Shown piece after piece: positions 8,483 through 17,712 of a stretch of DNA of 64,000 nt. How positions within the stretch are numbered: the first letter of the stretch is position 1; every line of letters starts with the position of its first letter. Origin of the DNA: an uncultured bacterium. Its GTDB lineage: Bacteria > Fidelibacterota > Marinisomatia > Marinisomatales > UBA1611. Made by a program: the position numbers and the translations under genes. Location of the stretch: positions 3,671 to 67,670 of the forward strand of contig CAZGFQ010000002.1 in the NCBI GenBank assembly GCA_964525185.1, in the 5' to 3' direction. Under the pieces are notes generated by a model that was not told where the DNA came from, searched no databases, and saw only the letters and a list, made by a program, of their open reading frames with translations.

Positions 8483-9688
8483 ATGCACATGGATCTAAAA
8501 CCGTTATCTATTTCGGAACTTACGAAGCGGATAAAATCACTGATAGAAGGGGAATTTTCTGAAACATGGATTACTGGAGAAATTTCAAATTTTCACCACC
8601 ATAGTTCAGGCCATATGTATTTTACGCTCAAAGATCATCGAGCAGAAATAAAATGCACCTTTTTTCGAGGGTATAATCAATATGTCCGTTTTAAGCCGGA
8701 AGAAGGGATGCAAGTAATTGCGTCGGGTGCTATTTCTGTTTATGAGAAGAGAGGTCAATATCAATTATCCGTTCGCCAATTAGAGCCGGCAGGGGTTGGT
8801 ACATTATATTTAGCCTTTGAAGCGTTAAAAAAAGAGCTTCAAGCTGAAGGGCTTTTCGATCAAGTCCATAAAAAACCATTACCCAAATTACCAAAAAAAG
8901 TTGGAATTGTAACATCTGGTACGGGAGCCGCCTTAAAAGATATGATTCAAGTATTTGGTAGACGTGCACCACACATATCCATTGTTGTTCGTCCTACAAA
9001 AGTTCAAGGCGTTGGCTCAGCAGAAGATATTGTTCAGGGGATAAAAGCATTTCAAGACCGTCAGGATATAGATGTTCTCATTATTGGACGTGGAGGCGGT
9101 TCGTTAGAGGATTTATGGGCCTTTAATGAAGATATTGTTGCACGAGCAATTTATGAAAGTTCAATTCCGATTATTTCTGCGGTTGGGCATGAAGTTGATA
9201 TTACTATTTCAGATTTAGTAGCAGATTTACGAGCGCCCACACCATCAGCGGCAGCAGAGTTAGCTAGCATAACAACTCAGGAAATAATATCGTTAAGTGA
9301 AAATCAATTAAATGCAATCAAACTGAGGGTCTCACAAAAAGTGTTACAAAAATGGCAAGAATGTGATTCTTTAGAAAATCGTCTTAAGCTTCAAGATCCT
9401 TCTCGACGAATTCAACGAAATAAAGATAGCCTGAATCGACTTTACCATCAAATTGAATTTGCAATCACGACAAAGCAATCGTCATTACATGCAGGAATAG
9501 GAAATATTGAAAAGCATTTAATATCTTTAAATCCAACATCTGTATTACATCGAGGATTCTCGATTGCTACACGAAAAGATGGGCAAATTGTACGATCAAA
9601 TAAAGATTTAGAAAGTGGTGATTTATTCAATATTCAAACTGGGGATGGGCATTATGAAGCTGAGAAAAAACAAAATATTGATGGCTAA
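8483..9688 (+). CDS. xseA: Exodeoxyribonuclease VII large subunit
   Basis: 401 aa. N-terminal OB fold (LSISELTKRIKSLIEGEF..WITGEISNF..HSSGHMYFTLKD). Catalytic core IGRGGGSLEDLWAFNEDIVARAI. Followed by xseB. Confidence 0.9.
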   Translation: MHMDLKPLSISELTKRIKSLIEGEFSETWITGEISNFHHHSSGHMYFTLKDHRAEIKCTFFRGYNQYVRFKPEEGMQVIASGAISVYEKRGQYQLSVRQLEPAGVGTLYLAFEALKKELQAEGLFDQVHKKPLPKLPKKVGIVTSGTGAALKDMIQVFGRRAPHISIVVRPTKVQGVGSAEDIVQGIKAFQDRQDIDVLIIGRGGGSLEDLWAFNEDIVARAIYESSIPIISAVGHEVDITISDLVADLRAPTPSAAAELASITTQEIISLSENQLNAIKLRVSQKVLQKWQECDSLENRLKLQDPSRRIQRNKDSLNRLYHQIEFAITTKQSSLHAGIGNIEKHLISLNPTSVLHRGFSIATRKDGQIVRSNKDLESGDLFNIQTGDGHYEAEKKQNIDG

Positions 9689-9742
9689 AGATTATAGAAA
9701 AATCACTCTAATTAGGTACAAAAACATAAGGTAAATTCACAT

Positions 9743-9976
9743 ATGACTGATCAGCAAAAACCCGCACATTTTGAAGAAGCACTCCAGCGGTTAGAGGCTA
9801 TTGTAGAAAAAATGGAATCGGGAGATGAAAGTTTAGAAGAAAGTTTAACTTTATTTGAAGAAGGAATGACATTACTATCTTTTTGTAAAGATCAGCTCCA
9901 TTCAGCTGAACAAAAAATTGAAGAATTATCGGGAAATTTACCCGACGATGAAATGAAGGCTAATGGCGCCAGCTAA
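9743..9976 (+). CDS. xseB: Exodeoxyribonuclease VII small subunit
   Basis: 77 aa. FEEALQRLEAIVEKMESGDESLEESLTLFEEGMTLLSFC is typical of XseB. Sits next to xseA. Confidence 0.85.
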   Translation: MTDQQKPAHFEEALQRLEAIVEKMESGDESLEESLTLFEEGMTLLSFCKDQLHSAEQKIEELSGNLPDDEMKANGAS

Positions 9977-10847
9977 ATCAATTGGTATATGGGGAAATAC
10001 AGATAAGCCCCAATTTTGGTCATTATTAAAACCACTGATTGAGTGGATTAAAGAAAATAATGGTACACCTTATTTAACCACTCGTATTCGAGATGTTAGT
10101 CCATCTTCTTTCTCAGAGCAAATGTATTTCATCGAACAACCTGAAGATTTAAATAAGCTTGATTTATTGTTGGTAATGGGTGGTGATGGAACTCTCCTTT
10201 CAGCAGCTAGAGCTGTTCAACAATCATCCTTGCCTATTCTTGGGATACATTTGGGGAACTTAGGTTTTTTAGCCAAAGTTGAGGAAAATAATGTGAAGGA
10301 TCGTTTAACGCAGGTGATGGCAGGTGATTATTCAATTGATCAAAGATCAATTCTAAAAGGCATACTCCAAAAAGAATCAGAATCTATATCTCATTATGCC
10401 CTGAATGATTTTGTTGTTCGGAATTCTCAAACACATCGAATTATGTCTATTGAAGTAAAGGTGAATAAAATGTTTGTGGGTAATTATCACGCAGATGGAC
10501 TGATTGTTGCTACGCCTACGGGATCAACAGCTTATTCTTTATCTGCAGGAGGCCCTATCATGGCACCGGATGTGAATACAATTGTAATTACACCTATTTC
10601 CCCACATTCGTTGACTGCAAGGCCGTTGGTTGTTTCTGATCAATCTGCAATTGAAATACGGGTTATTGAGCAAAATCAACCATTTATTGTTACTGCAGAT
10701 GGGCAGGTTCATGAAGAAATGTTTCCTTCCGATTTAATTCAAATTCAACGTGGTGAAAAGTTGATTCAATTAATTGACGTTGGGTCTGAATCGTATTTTA
10801 AAACGTTAAGGACTAAAATGGGCTGGGGACAACGAGGCGATAAATAA
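9963..10847 (+). CDS. nadK: NAD kinase
   Basis: 294 aa. Motifs GGDGTLLSAAR, NDFVV and DGLIVATPTGSTAYSLSAGGPI. Confidence 0.9.
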   Translation: MAPAKSIGIWGNTDKPQFWSLLKPLIEWIKENNGTPYLTTRIRDVSPSSFSEQMYFIEQPEDLNKLDLLLVMGGDGTLLSAARAVQQSSLPILGIHLGNLGFLAKVEENNVKDRLTQVMAGDYSIDQRSILKGILQKESESISHYALNDFVVRNSQTHRIMSIEVKVNKMFVGNYHADGLIVATPTGSTAYSLSAGGPIMAPDVNTIVITPISPHSLTARPLVVSDQSAIEIRVIEQNQPFIVTADGQVHEEMFPSDLIQIQRGEKLIQLIDVGSESYFKTLRTKMGWGQRGDK

Positions 10848-10852
10848 TAAAG

Positions 10853-11038
10853 TTAATCAATTATCACTTTTAATAATTTATTATTCTGCCCTTTTGTTAA
10901 AAATATTCGATGGCAATTAGGGGTGAAACTTTTTTGAATTTTAGGAATATCTTTTTGGGCGAATCCCCAATGGATTAAAGTCATAGTTTCTAATTCTAAA
11001 TCAATAAAGTATCTGGTGTTTATATTTTCTTTTTCCAT
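10853..11038 (-). CDS. Hypothetical 61-aa protein, last gene of the minus-strand proline dehydrogenase operon
   Basis: ORF begins 3 nt after the CoA-binding gene stop, which suggests translational coupling. I recognise no family. Confidence 0.35.
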   Translation of the reverse strand: MEKENINTRYFIDLELETMTLIHWGFAQKDIPKIQKSFTPNCHRIFLTKGQNNKLLKVIID

Positions 11039-11041
11039 GGA

Positions 11042-11440
11042 TTAATGTAGCTGTCTATGTTTTCTCATCATGCAATCATTCATAATGACAAGTAATCCTG
11101 AATCTTCAGCAATTTGGGCGGCTTCTTCGTTAATAACACCATCTTGAAGCCATAAGGCTTTCGCACCGATTTCCACTGTAGCATCTGCGATTGGTCCGAC
11201 AAATTCCGGACTTCTGAATACATCGACTACGTCCACTTCCACTGGAATATCTCTTAAAGAAGGGTAGCATACTTCACCTGCTATTTCTTTTTGCCCCGGA
11301 TTGACAGGAATGATAGTATATCCTTGATCTCTCAAGTATAATGCTACAAAATGGCTTGGGCGTTCTGGTTTTGGAGACATGCCAACTACAGCAATTGTTT
11401 TCATGCTAAAAATAGATTCATATGTTTTTGATTCATTCAT
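11042..11440 (-). CDS. CoA-binding domain protein (YccU/YneT-like)
   Basis: 132 aa. KTIAVVGMSPKPERPSHFVALYLRDQGYTIIPVNP..VDVVDVFR matches the CoA_binding_2 pattern. Confidence 0.8.
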   Translation of the reverse strand: MNESKTYESIFSMKTIAVVGMSPKPERPSHFVALYLRDQGYTIIPVNPGQKEIAGEVCYPSLRDIPVEVDVVDVFRSPEFVGPIADATVEIGAKALWLQDGVINEEAAQIAEDSGLLVIMNDCMMRKHRQLH

Positions 11441-11452
11441 GAGGGATATCTT

Positions 11453-12355
11453 TCATTTTTGTTTAAATAAATTTTTTATAACATATCCTAAAATGCTGGG
11501 ATTCTCTTTTAGTCGTCTGATTGAATAATCAAACCAAGCAGATCCAAATGGGACATATATTCGTACGGTATATCCTTTTGATAATAACGCTTCAAGTTTT
11601 CCACTCATAGGTACACCATAAAGCACTTGAAATTCAAAACGATGTATTGGAATATGGTTATCTTCAATCCATGACACTAGTGTATCAATGAGATCAATAT
11701 CGTGAGTGGCAATGGCACAATAACCCGAATTCTTCAAAATTGTTTGGGCGAGCCGGATGAAATTTTCAACAATTTCATAATTATGTTGGTATGCAATTGT
11801 TTCTGACTCTTTATAAATGCCCTTACATATTCTCGCATTAAACTGGGATGACATATGTATTCTAACATCTTCAAAACTCCGATGCAAATATGCTTGAAAT
11901 ACAACACCAGACTTAGGATGAATATTTATACAATGACTATAAAGTTCAAGTGTTGCATCAGTAAATGGTGAATTTTCCATATCCAGTCTTAAAAAATTAT
12001 CTGTATCCTTAGCGGCTTTTGTTATTCGATGAACATTAGCCATAGCTTCTGCAAGAGAAATATCTAAACCAATATGTGTTGGTTTAACAGATACATTACA
12101 ATCTAAATTTTCTTCACTTATATAATGATATAAATCACAATAGTGTTGGGTGATTGATCTTGCTTGCTGTTGATCTAATACATGTTCTCCTAAAATATCA
12201 ATTGTTGTTTTAAATCCTTTTTCATTTAATGCGCGAATATGTGATTTAGCCTCATCAAACGTTTCGCCAGCAACATAGGGTGTGGCAAATGGTTTTGCAA
12301 ACCATTGTGGTAAGAAAGGTAGAGATGAAGCAACAATTTTATTCATAAAAGACAT
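11453..12355 (-). CDS. Proline dehydrogenase (monofunctional PRODH family)
   Basis: TIM-barrel PRODH-like sequence (ETFDEAKSHIRALNEKGFKTTIDILGEHV...VSVKPTHIGL...LRLDMENS...VVFQAYL...RICKGIY...ATHD...FQVLYGV). I prefer the internal ATG (MSFMNKIV) over the ORF-track start at 12430. Confidence 0.75.
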   Translation of the reverse strand: MSFMNKIVASSLPFLPQWFAKPFATPYVAGETFDEAKSHIRALNEKGFKTTIDILGEHVLDQQQARSITQHYCDLYHYISEENLDCNVSVKPTHIGLDISLAEAMANVHRITKAAKDTDNFLRLDMENSPFTDATLELYSHCINIHPKSGVVFQAYLHRSFEDVRIHMSSQFNARICKGIYKESETIAYQHNYEIVENFIRLAQTILKNSGYCAIATHDIDLIDTLVSWIEDNHIPIHRFEFQVLYGVPMSGKLEALLSKGYTVRIYVPFGSAWFDYSIRRLKENPSILGYVIKNLFKQK

Positions 12356-12483
12356 GCATAAAATTAGACAGTGTTGCACCTTGGAATCAAAATGTATTAA
12401 TAGACCCAATTGAACAAAATGGTGTTTCATTGTAACAATTCAATGAGAAAATTAAAATTGAGACAATATAGTGCAAGTTCTCA

Positions 12484-12512
12484 TTGACGTATGAAAAAGG
12501 GGAGTCTAAATT
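12484..12512 (+). promoter_or_regulatory. Candidate sigma70-type promoter for the nuo operon (TTGACG-17 nt-TAAATT)
   Basis: Hexamers read directly from the sequence, about 30 nt upstream of the nuoA ATG. No experimental support. Confidence 0.3.
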
Positions 12513-12541
12513 CACCGCCTTGAATTGATCAATATTCATAT

Positions 12542-12958
12542 ATGTACCGCGACTTTGGAACAATTTTAATAGCAGCCCTATTGGGCATCGTGATGGTAGG
12601 CGTCCCGCTTTTGGTTCAAAAGCTGATTGCACCATCCAAAAAATCTTTTGAAAAATTAGATACCTACGAATGTGGAGAAGAAGCAGAAGGGAATGCTTGG
12701 CTCCAATTTAATATTCGTTTTTATGTCATTGCTCTCATTTTTCTTATTTTTGATGTAGAAGTTGTCTTCTTATTTCCGTGGGCAGTTGTCTTTAAAGAAT
12801 TGGGTTTATTGGCTTTTGTAGAAATGGGAATATTCTTGGTGATCCTCGTTGTAGGACTTGCCTATGTGTGGGTAAAAACAGATTTAGATTGGGTGAAACT
12901 AAAAGTTCCGTATGGTAGCGGCCGATATCGGAAAATCAAGTTGGAGGAGAAAGCCTAG
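12542..12958 (+). CDS. nuoA: NADH-quinone oxidoreductase subunit A
   Basis: 138 aa, 3 TM helices. [32 protein letters not shown] signature. Confidence 0.9.
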   Translation: MYRDFGTILIAALLGIVMVGVPLLVQKLIAPSKKSFEKLDTYECGEEAEGNAWLQFNIRFYVIALIFLIFDVEVVFLFPWAVVFKELGLLAFVEMGIFLVILVVGLAYVWVKTDLDWVKLKVPYGSGRYRKIKLEEKA

Positions 12959-13450
12959 ATGGGCGTACTGGAACATAAATTTCAGGACAATATTGTTGTA
13001 GAAAAATTGGATAAATTATTAGGGTGGGCACGCTCAACGTCTCCTTGGTATTTCCAATTTGGCCTTGCTTGCTGTGCGATTGAAATGATGGCAACTGCAG
13101 CAAGTCGTCACGATTTGGAACGAATAGGAATGATGCCACGTTCATCTCCCCGCCAAGCTGATATTATGATTGTTGCAGGAACTGTAACTATGAAAATGGC
13201 TTTACGAGTAAAAAAATTATATGAGCAAATGGCTGACCCCAAATATGTAATTGCAATGGGAAGTTGCGCTACGTCCGGTGGTCCTTATTGGCAACATGGC
13301 TATCATGTACTTAAAGGGGTTGACCTAGTTGTGCCGGTTGATGTGTATGTACCTGGTTGTCCACCTCGCCCGGAAGCGCTCATTGAAGGGTTACTTAAAC
13401 TTCAAGAAAAAATTCAAAATGAACGTCCCCTTACCAAAATAGATTCATGA
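12959..13450 (+). CDS. nuoB: NADH-quinone oxidoreductase subunit B
   Basis: [19 protein letters not shown] and PGCPPRPE (N2 cluster ligands). Confidence 0.95.
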   Translation: MGVLEHKFQDNIVVEKLDKLLGWARSTSPWYFQFGLACCAIEMMATAASRHDLERIGMMPRSSPRQADIMIVAGTVTMKMALRVKKLYEQMADPKYVIAMGSCATSGGPYWQHGYHVLKGVDLVVPVDVYVPGCPPRPEALIEGLLKLQEKIQNERPLTKIDS

Positions 13451-14145
13451 CTGACGATCGAAATAAGTTAATAGCAGATGCAGTAGAAAAAGGCCTCCAA
13501 GGAGATATGGATGCAATTAATGGCATAGCGGATCGTGTAACCCGATCTAAAGCAAAGGCAGCATTACATAAAGCTAAAAAAGCAGCTAAAGAGTCTGGTG
13601 TTGGGGCAGAGACCCCAAAAGGCGAAATTGAAAAACCTGTAGAAGAGAATCATTCAACTAATCAAATTGTATCTGCATATTTAGAGAAAAAAATCCCAGG
13701 ATCCATTATTTCGCAAGATGGCGATTTGGAAGAATGTATCTATGTGAATCCGGATGCTTGGGATGCTGTTTCTAAGTCATTAAGAAATGATGAAACACTT
13801 CAATTTGATTCATTGCAATGCATCACTGGAATTGATATGGGTGAAGGCGTTTTAGAATCTCGGTATAATTTTCATTCCATGAATCTTCGCCATGCGATAG
13901 AAATTCGAATTCCTGTTTCCATTGATAATCCAAAAATATATTCCATTGAACAAATATGGAGAATTGGGGATTGGTTTGAGCGGGAAGTTTATGATATGGT
14001 AGGGATTGTTTTTGAAGGCCATCGAAATTTAAAACGTATGTTATTACCGGATGATTGGGAAGGTTTTCCCTTAAGAAAAGATTATGAAACGCAGCAGACC
14101 TACCATGGGATTGCAATACCAAAAGTGAAAGAAGAATGGGAGTAA
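13447..14145 (+). CDS. nuoC: NADH-quinone oxidoreductase subunit C, with a Lys/Ala-rich N-terminal extension of about 70 aa
   Basis: C-terminal 160 aa carry the NuoC core ([32 protein letters not shown]). ATGA overlap with the nuoB stop supports the long form. Confidence 0.9.
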   Translation: MTDDRNKLIADAVEKGLQGDMDAINGIADRVTRSKAKAALHKAKKAAKESGVGAETPKGEIEKPVEENHSTNQIVSAYLEKKIPGSIISQDGDLEECIYVNPDAWDAVSKSLRNDETLQFDSLQCITGIDMGEGVLESRYNFHSMNLRHAIEIRIPVSIDNPKIYSIEQIWRIGDWFEREVYDMVGIVFEGHRNLKRMLLPDDWEGFPLRKDYETQQTYHGIAIPKVKEEWE

Positions 14146-15257
14146 TTCACGGCGAAGAAATGGTCCTAAATATTGGGCCGCAACATCCAAGTACGCATGG
14201 AGTCCTACGATTGAAAGTAAAGACGGATGGTGAAGTTGTTTCTGACATATATCCGGTCATTGGATATCTCCATCGATCCTTTGAAAAACATTGTGAAAAT
14301 GTTACCTATGAACAGGTCATTCCTTATACTGATCGTTGCGATTATATTGCATCCATGAATAATAATTTAGGTTATGCGGTAACTGTCGAAGAATTGATGG
14401 AAATCAAAGTCCCAGAAAAAGTAGAATATATTCGAGTCATTGTTTCAGAATTCAACCGTATTGCAAGTCATTTATTAGCGCTAGGAGTATATGGATTGGA
14501 TGTGGGTGCTTTTACACCGTTTCTATATATGTTCCGTGATAGAGAGCGTATTTTAGATATGTTTGAAATGGTTTGCGGGGCAAGACTCCTTTATAATTAT
14601 ATTTGGGTAGGTGGTGTATCGCATGATTTACCAAAAGGCTTTGTTGAAACGGCTTACCAATTTTTAGATTATTTTGAACCACAAGTTTCAGAATACAATA
14701 ATTTATTAACATATAATAAAATTTTTATAGAGCGAACTGCTGATGTAGGCGTATTACCAACTGATGTTGCCATCAATTATGGTGTCACGGGTCCGAATTT
14801 GCGCGGTTCGGGTGTTAAGTGGGATATTCGAAAAGATGAACCCTATTCCATCTATGATAGATTTGATTTTGATGTTCCAGTAGGAAAAGGTGAGTTAGGT
14901 ACAGTTGGTGATTGTTGGGATCGGTATTGGGTACGAATGAGGGAAATTGAAGAAAGCGTTAAAATTCTTCGACAAGCACTTAAAGGTCTACCAAAAGAAG
15001 GTGATGTGCATCAAGCAATTCCTAAAAAAATTAGACCACCAAAAGGATCTATCTATAAGAGAACCGAAAGTCCACGTGGTGACTTAGCTTTTTATATTAC
15101 AAGCGACGGTAAACCTAAACCATACAGATTAAAAATGCGTTCACCTGCTTTTACATCTTTAAGTGTGCTGAATAAAATTTCAAAAGGGTGGATGTTGTCA
15201 GACGTGATTGCTATTCTGGGAAGTTTAGATATTGTACTAGGGGAAATTGATCGATGA
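14136..15257 (+). CDS. nuoD: NADH-quinone oxidoreductase subunit D
   Basis: LNIGPQHPSTHGVLRL, and RSPAFTSL near the C-terminus. 373 aa. Confidence 0.95.
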   Translation: MGVIHGEEMVLNIGPQHPSTHGVLRLKVKTDGEVVSDIYPVIGYLHRSFEKHCENVTYEQVIPYTDRCDYIASMNNNLGYAVTVEELMEIKVPEKVEYIRVIVSEFNRIASHLLALGVYGLDVGAFTPFLYMFRDRERILDMFEMVCGARLLYNYIWVGGVSHDLPKGFVETAYQFLDYFEPQVSEYNNLLTYNKIFIERTADVGVLPTDVAINYGVTGPNLRGSGVKWDIRKDEPYSIYDRFDFDVPVGKGELGTVGDCWDRYWVRMREIEESVKILRQALKGLPKEGDVHQAIPKKIRPPKGSIYKRTESPRGDLAFYITSDGKPKPYRLKMRSPAFTSLSVLNKISKGWMLSDVIAILGSLDIVLGEIDR

Positions 15258-16327
15258 CAGTCGATCTTCTATACGATTGGCTTAATGAATCGATTCCATT
15301 TTTAAGTGGGAATGGTTTATTGCTTTTATTGGCTATTTTAATTCCTGCTTTAACGCTCTTTCTCGTAATTGCTGTAAATGCCATTGTTCTAGTATACGCT
15401 GAAAGAAAAGTATCTGCCTTTATGCAAGATCGTGTGGGGCCCATGGGGCAAGGAGTAGGGCTTCATGCCGGGAAATGGGGAATGCTCCAAACAGTTGCAG
15501 ATGCATTAAAATTAATTTCAAAAGAAGACATTATACCCAAGTTAGCAGATAGAAAATTATTTATTATGGCACCCTTCATTATTTTTGTAGGTGCTTTTAT
15601 TGCAGTCATTGCGCTTCCATTTGGAGAATCAATCATTGTAGCAGACATGAATATTGGTATTTTTTATATTCTTGCTGTGAGTTCATTTGGTGTAATCGGT
15701 CTCATTCTTGCGGGATGGTCATCAAATAATAAATGGTCCTTATATGGCGGTATGCGTTCTGCGGCGCAAATTATTAGTTATGAAATCCCGGCTGGATTAT
15801 CCTTAGTTACAGTTATAATGCTTACCGGTACATTAAGTATGCAAGGGATTATTAAATATCAATCAGGTGGCTTGTTTGACTGGATTGTATTTTCAAGCCC
15901 ATTTTCATTTATTGCATTTATAATTTATTTCATTGCTGCCATTGCCGAAACAAATAGAACGCCTTTTGATATTCCTGAAGCAGAATCGGAATTAGTTGGC
16001 GGGTTCCATACAGAATATTCTGGCATGCGTTGGTCATTCTTTTTCTTAAGTGAATATGCCAATATGCTAGTTGTAAATGGTGTTGCTGCTGCTGCATTTC
16101 TTGGAGGATGGCAAAGCCCAATTCCCGGATATTTGAATTCACCAGGCTGGGGTGTTTTTTGGTTTATATCAAAAATATTAGTTTTAGTTTTTGTAATGAT
16201 GTGGGTTCGGTGGACGTTCCCGAGGTTACGAGTTGACCAATTAATGGACATATGTTGGAAATATTTACTCCCTATTGCTCTTTTTAACATATTTGGTGTA
16301 GGAATTTGGACCCTAATTTTTGGGTAA
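15254..16327 (+). CDS. nuoH: NADH-quinone oxidoreductase subunit H
   Basis: ERKVSAFMQDRVGP and ETNRTPFDIPEAESELVGGFHTEYSG. Confidence 0.95.
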   Translation: MTVDLLYDWLNESIPFLSGNGLLLLLAILIPALTLFLVIAVNAIVLVYAERKVSAFMQDRVGPMGQGVGLHAGKWGMLQTVADALKLISKEDIIPKLADRKLFIMAPFIIFVGAFIAVIALPFGESIIVADMNIGIFYILAVSSFGVIGLILAGWSSNNKWSLYGGMRSAAQIISYEIPAGLSLVTVIMLTGTLSMQGIIKYQSGGLFDWIVFSSPFSFIAFIIYFIAAIAETNRTPFDIPEAESELVGGFHTEYSGMRWSFFFLSEYANMLVVNGVAAAAFLGGWQSPIPGYLNSPGWGVFWFISKILVLVFVMMWVRWTFPRLRVDQLMDICWKYLLPIALFNIFGVGIWTLIFG

Positions 16328-16331
16328 TGTT

Positions 16332-16919
16332 ATGACGAGATATTTTCAAAATATTTGGGAAACAATTACAACGCTTTTAACTGGGTTTGGTATTACATGG
16401 GTTCACATGATGAAAATCAAAAAGAACAATGTAACCTTACAATATCCTGAAGAAAAATGGCCACGGCCCGAACGTAATATTGGATTTAATCATGATGATT
16501 ATAATGTGATACGATCACGTTTAACTGTAGACATTAATGATTGTATTGGGTGTTTGAAATGTATGAGAGCCTGCCCGGTAAGTTGTATTCATATTGAGAC
16601 TGTAAAAGCGGATGTCCGCGGTGAAGATATACAAGAAGTTGGGCACGTTGGAATTACGTCTAACGGTTCAAAAAAAGCTATGGTTGTTACTCGATTTGAT
16701 ATTGATATGACAGAATGTTGCTATTGTAATCTATGTACCTACCCATGCCCAGAAGAATGTATTTTTATGACAGGCGGCCCAAATGCAGATAGACATCATC
16801 TTGATTATGAATTTTCTGAATATGATCGATCAGATTTAATCTATAGGTTTGCTAAAAAAGGGACACAAGAAAAAATGGTGAAAATTAAAGCACCAAAAGA
16901 ACCGAAGGTGGAAGCGTAA
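16332..16919 (+). CDS. nuoI: NADH-quinone oxidoreductase subunit I (2x[4Fe-4S] ferredoxin-like)
   Basis: CIGCLKCMRACP and CCYCNLCTYPCP cluster motifs. The ATG at 16332 is preferred; the ORF track gives a TTG at 16320. Confidence 0.9.
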   Translation: MTRYFQNIWETITTLLTGFGITWVHMMKIKKNNVTLQYPEEKWPRPERNIGFNHDDYNVIRSRLTVDINDCIGCLKCMRACPVSCIHIETVKADVRGEDIQEVGHVGITSNGSKKAMVVTRFDIDMTECCYCNLCTYPCPEECIFMTGGPNADRHHLDYEFSEYDRSDLIYRFAKKGTQEKMVKIKAPKEPKVEA

Positions 16920-17407
16920 TGTCTGAACTAGCATTTTGGCTCGTAGCTGGCATAACCGTCGTTTCAGCGGGAATGGTTGTTTTTTCGGGTCAACTCATTT
17001 ATTCTGCTATTGCACTGTTATTTACTTTGCTAGGTGTAGCTGGCTTATATATTTTCTTATGGGCAGACTTTATGGCTGGTATCCAAGTGATGGTTTATAT
17101 TGGCGGAATTCTTGTCCTAATTATATTTGGTATTATGTTAACCCATAAAATTGAATCAGTTAAAATTTCGCAAACCAATGTGCAGAGAAAAATGGGTGCT
17201 TTTGTTGTGGCTATTTTCCTATTATTCTTAGCATCTTCATTGGGAAATGCTCCGTGGCTTCAAATAGGGGCAACTGAACCAACCGAAACGGTAAGAACGG
17301 TTGGTACATTACTGATGACTAAATATTTACTTCCATTTGAAGTAGCATCCATTCTTTTATTGGGGTCGCTAATTGGTGCAGCTATGCTATCAAGGAAGGA
17401 AGAATAA
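16919..17407 (+). CDS. nuoJ: NADH-quinone oxidoreductase subunit J
   Basis: 162-aa polytopic membrane protein between nuoI and nuoK. Start overlaps the nuoI stop (TAATG). Confidence 0.85.
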   Translation: MSELAFWLVAGITVVSAGMVVFSGQLIYSAIALLFTLLGVAGLYIFLWADFMAGIQVMVYIGGILVLIIFGIMLTHKIESVKISQTNVQRKMGAFVVAIFLLFLASSLGNAPWLQIGATEPTETVRTVGTLLMTKYLLPFEVASILLLGSLIGAAMLSRKEE

Positions 17408-17712
17408 TGGACCAGCTAGTCAATTATCTATATATTTCTGCCATTTTATTTTCTTTAGGTATTTTTGGTGTTATTACTCGGCGGAATGGTATTGCTGTTT
17501 TAATGGGTGTTGAACTAATACTAAATGCGGCTAATATTAATTTTGTTGCCTTTTCACGGTTTGGTGGTATGAATGTGAGTGGACATGTTTTTTCACTATT
17601 CGTAATTGTTTTAGCCGCTGCAGAAGCAGCTGTCGCCTTGGCGATTATTATTACAATTTACAATTCAATGCAAACAGTTAATGTGGATGATGCATCTAGG
17701 TTGAAGCAATAA
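17407..17712 (+). CDS. nuoK: NADH-quinone oxidoreductase subunit K
   Basis: 101 aa, 3 TM helices. GVELILNAANINFVAF with the conserved Glu. Confidence 0.9.
   Translation: MDQLVNYLYISAILFSLGIFGVITRRNGIAVLMGVELILNAANINFVAFSRFGGMNVSGHVFSLFVIVLAAAEAAVALAIIITIYNSMQTVNVDDASRLKQ

Noticed and set aside
11453-12430. ORF-track N-terminal extensions of several genes. Examples: PRODH start at 12430, apbE at 28527, pdxS at 33706, dxs at 35134, mutase at 38792, ccmE at 40470.
   Set aside because: In each case the extension overlaps the preceding gene or adds residues absent from the family consensus. An internal ATG gives the canonical N-terminus (MSFMNKIV, MSFTYSYF plus lipobox, [32 protein letters not shown]).
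12387-12635. 82-aa minus-strand ORF spanning the nuoA start and its promoter region
   Set aside because: It overlaps the nuoA N-terminus in antisense and the extended, probably untranslated, 5' part of the PRODH ORF. It has no motif support.
15925-16290. Antisense or alternate-frame ORFs of 60-132 aa inside nuoH, nqrB (24340-24729), ispH/pdxS (33570-33923), ccmF (41323-41973), ftsH (50215-50613), nuoC (13823-14122) and others
   Set aside because: All are nested in genes with strong family signatures. They show low-complexity or biased composition and no independent start signals, so I treat them as shadow ORFs.
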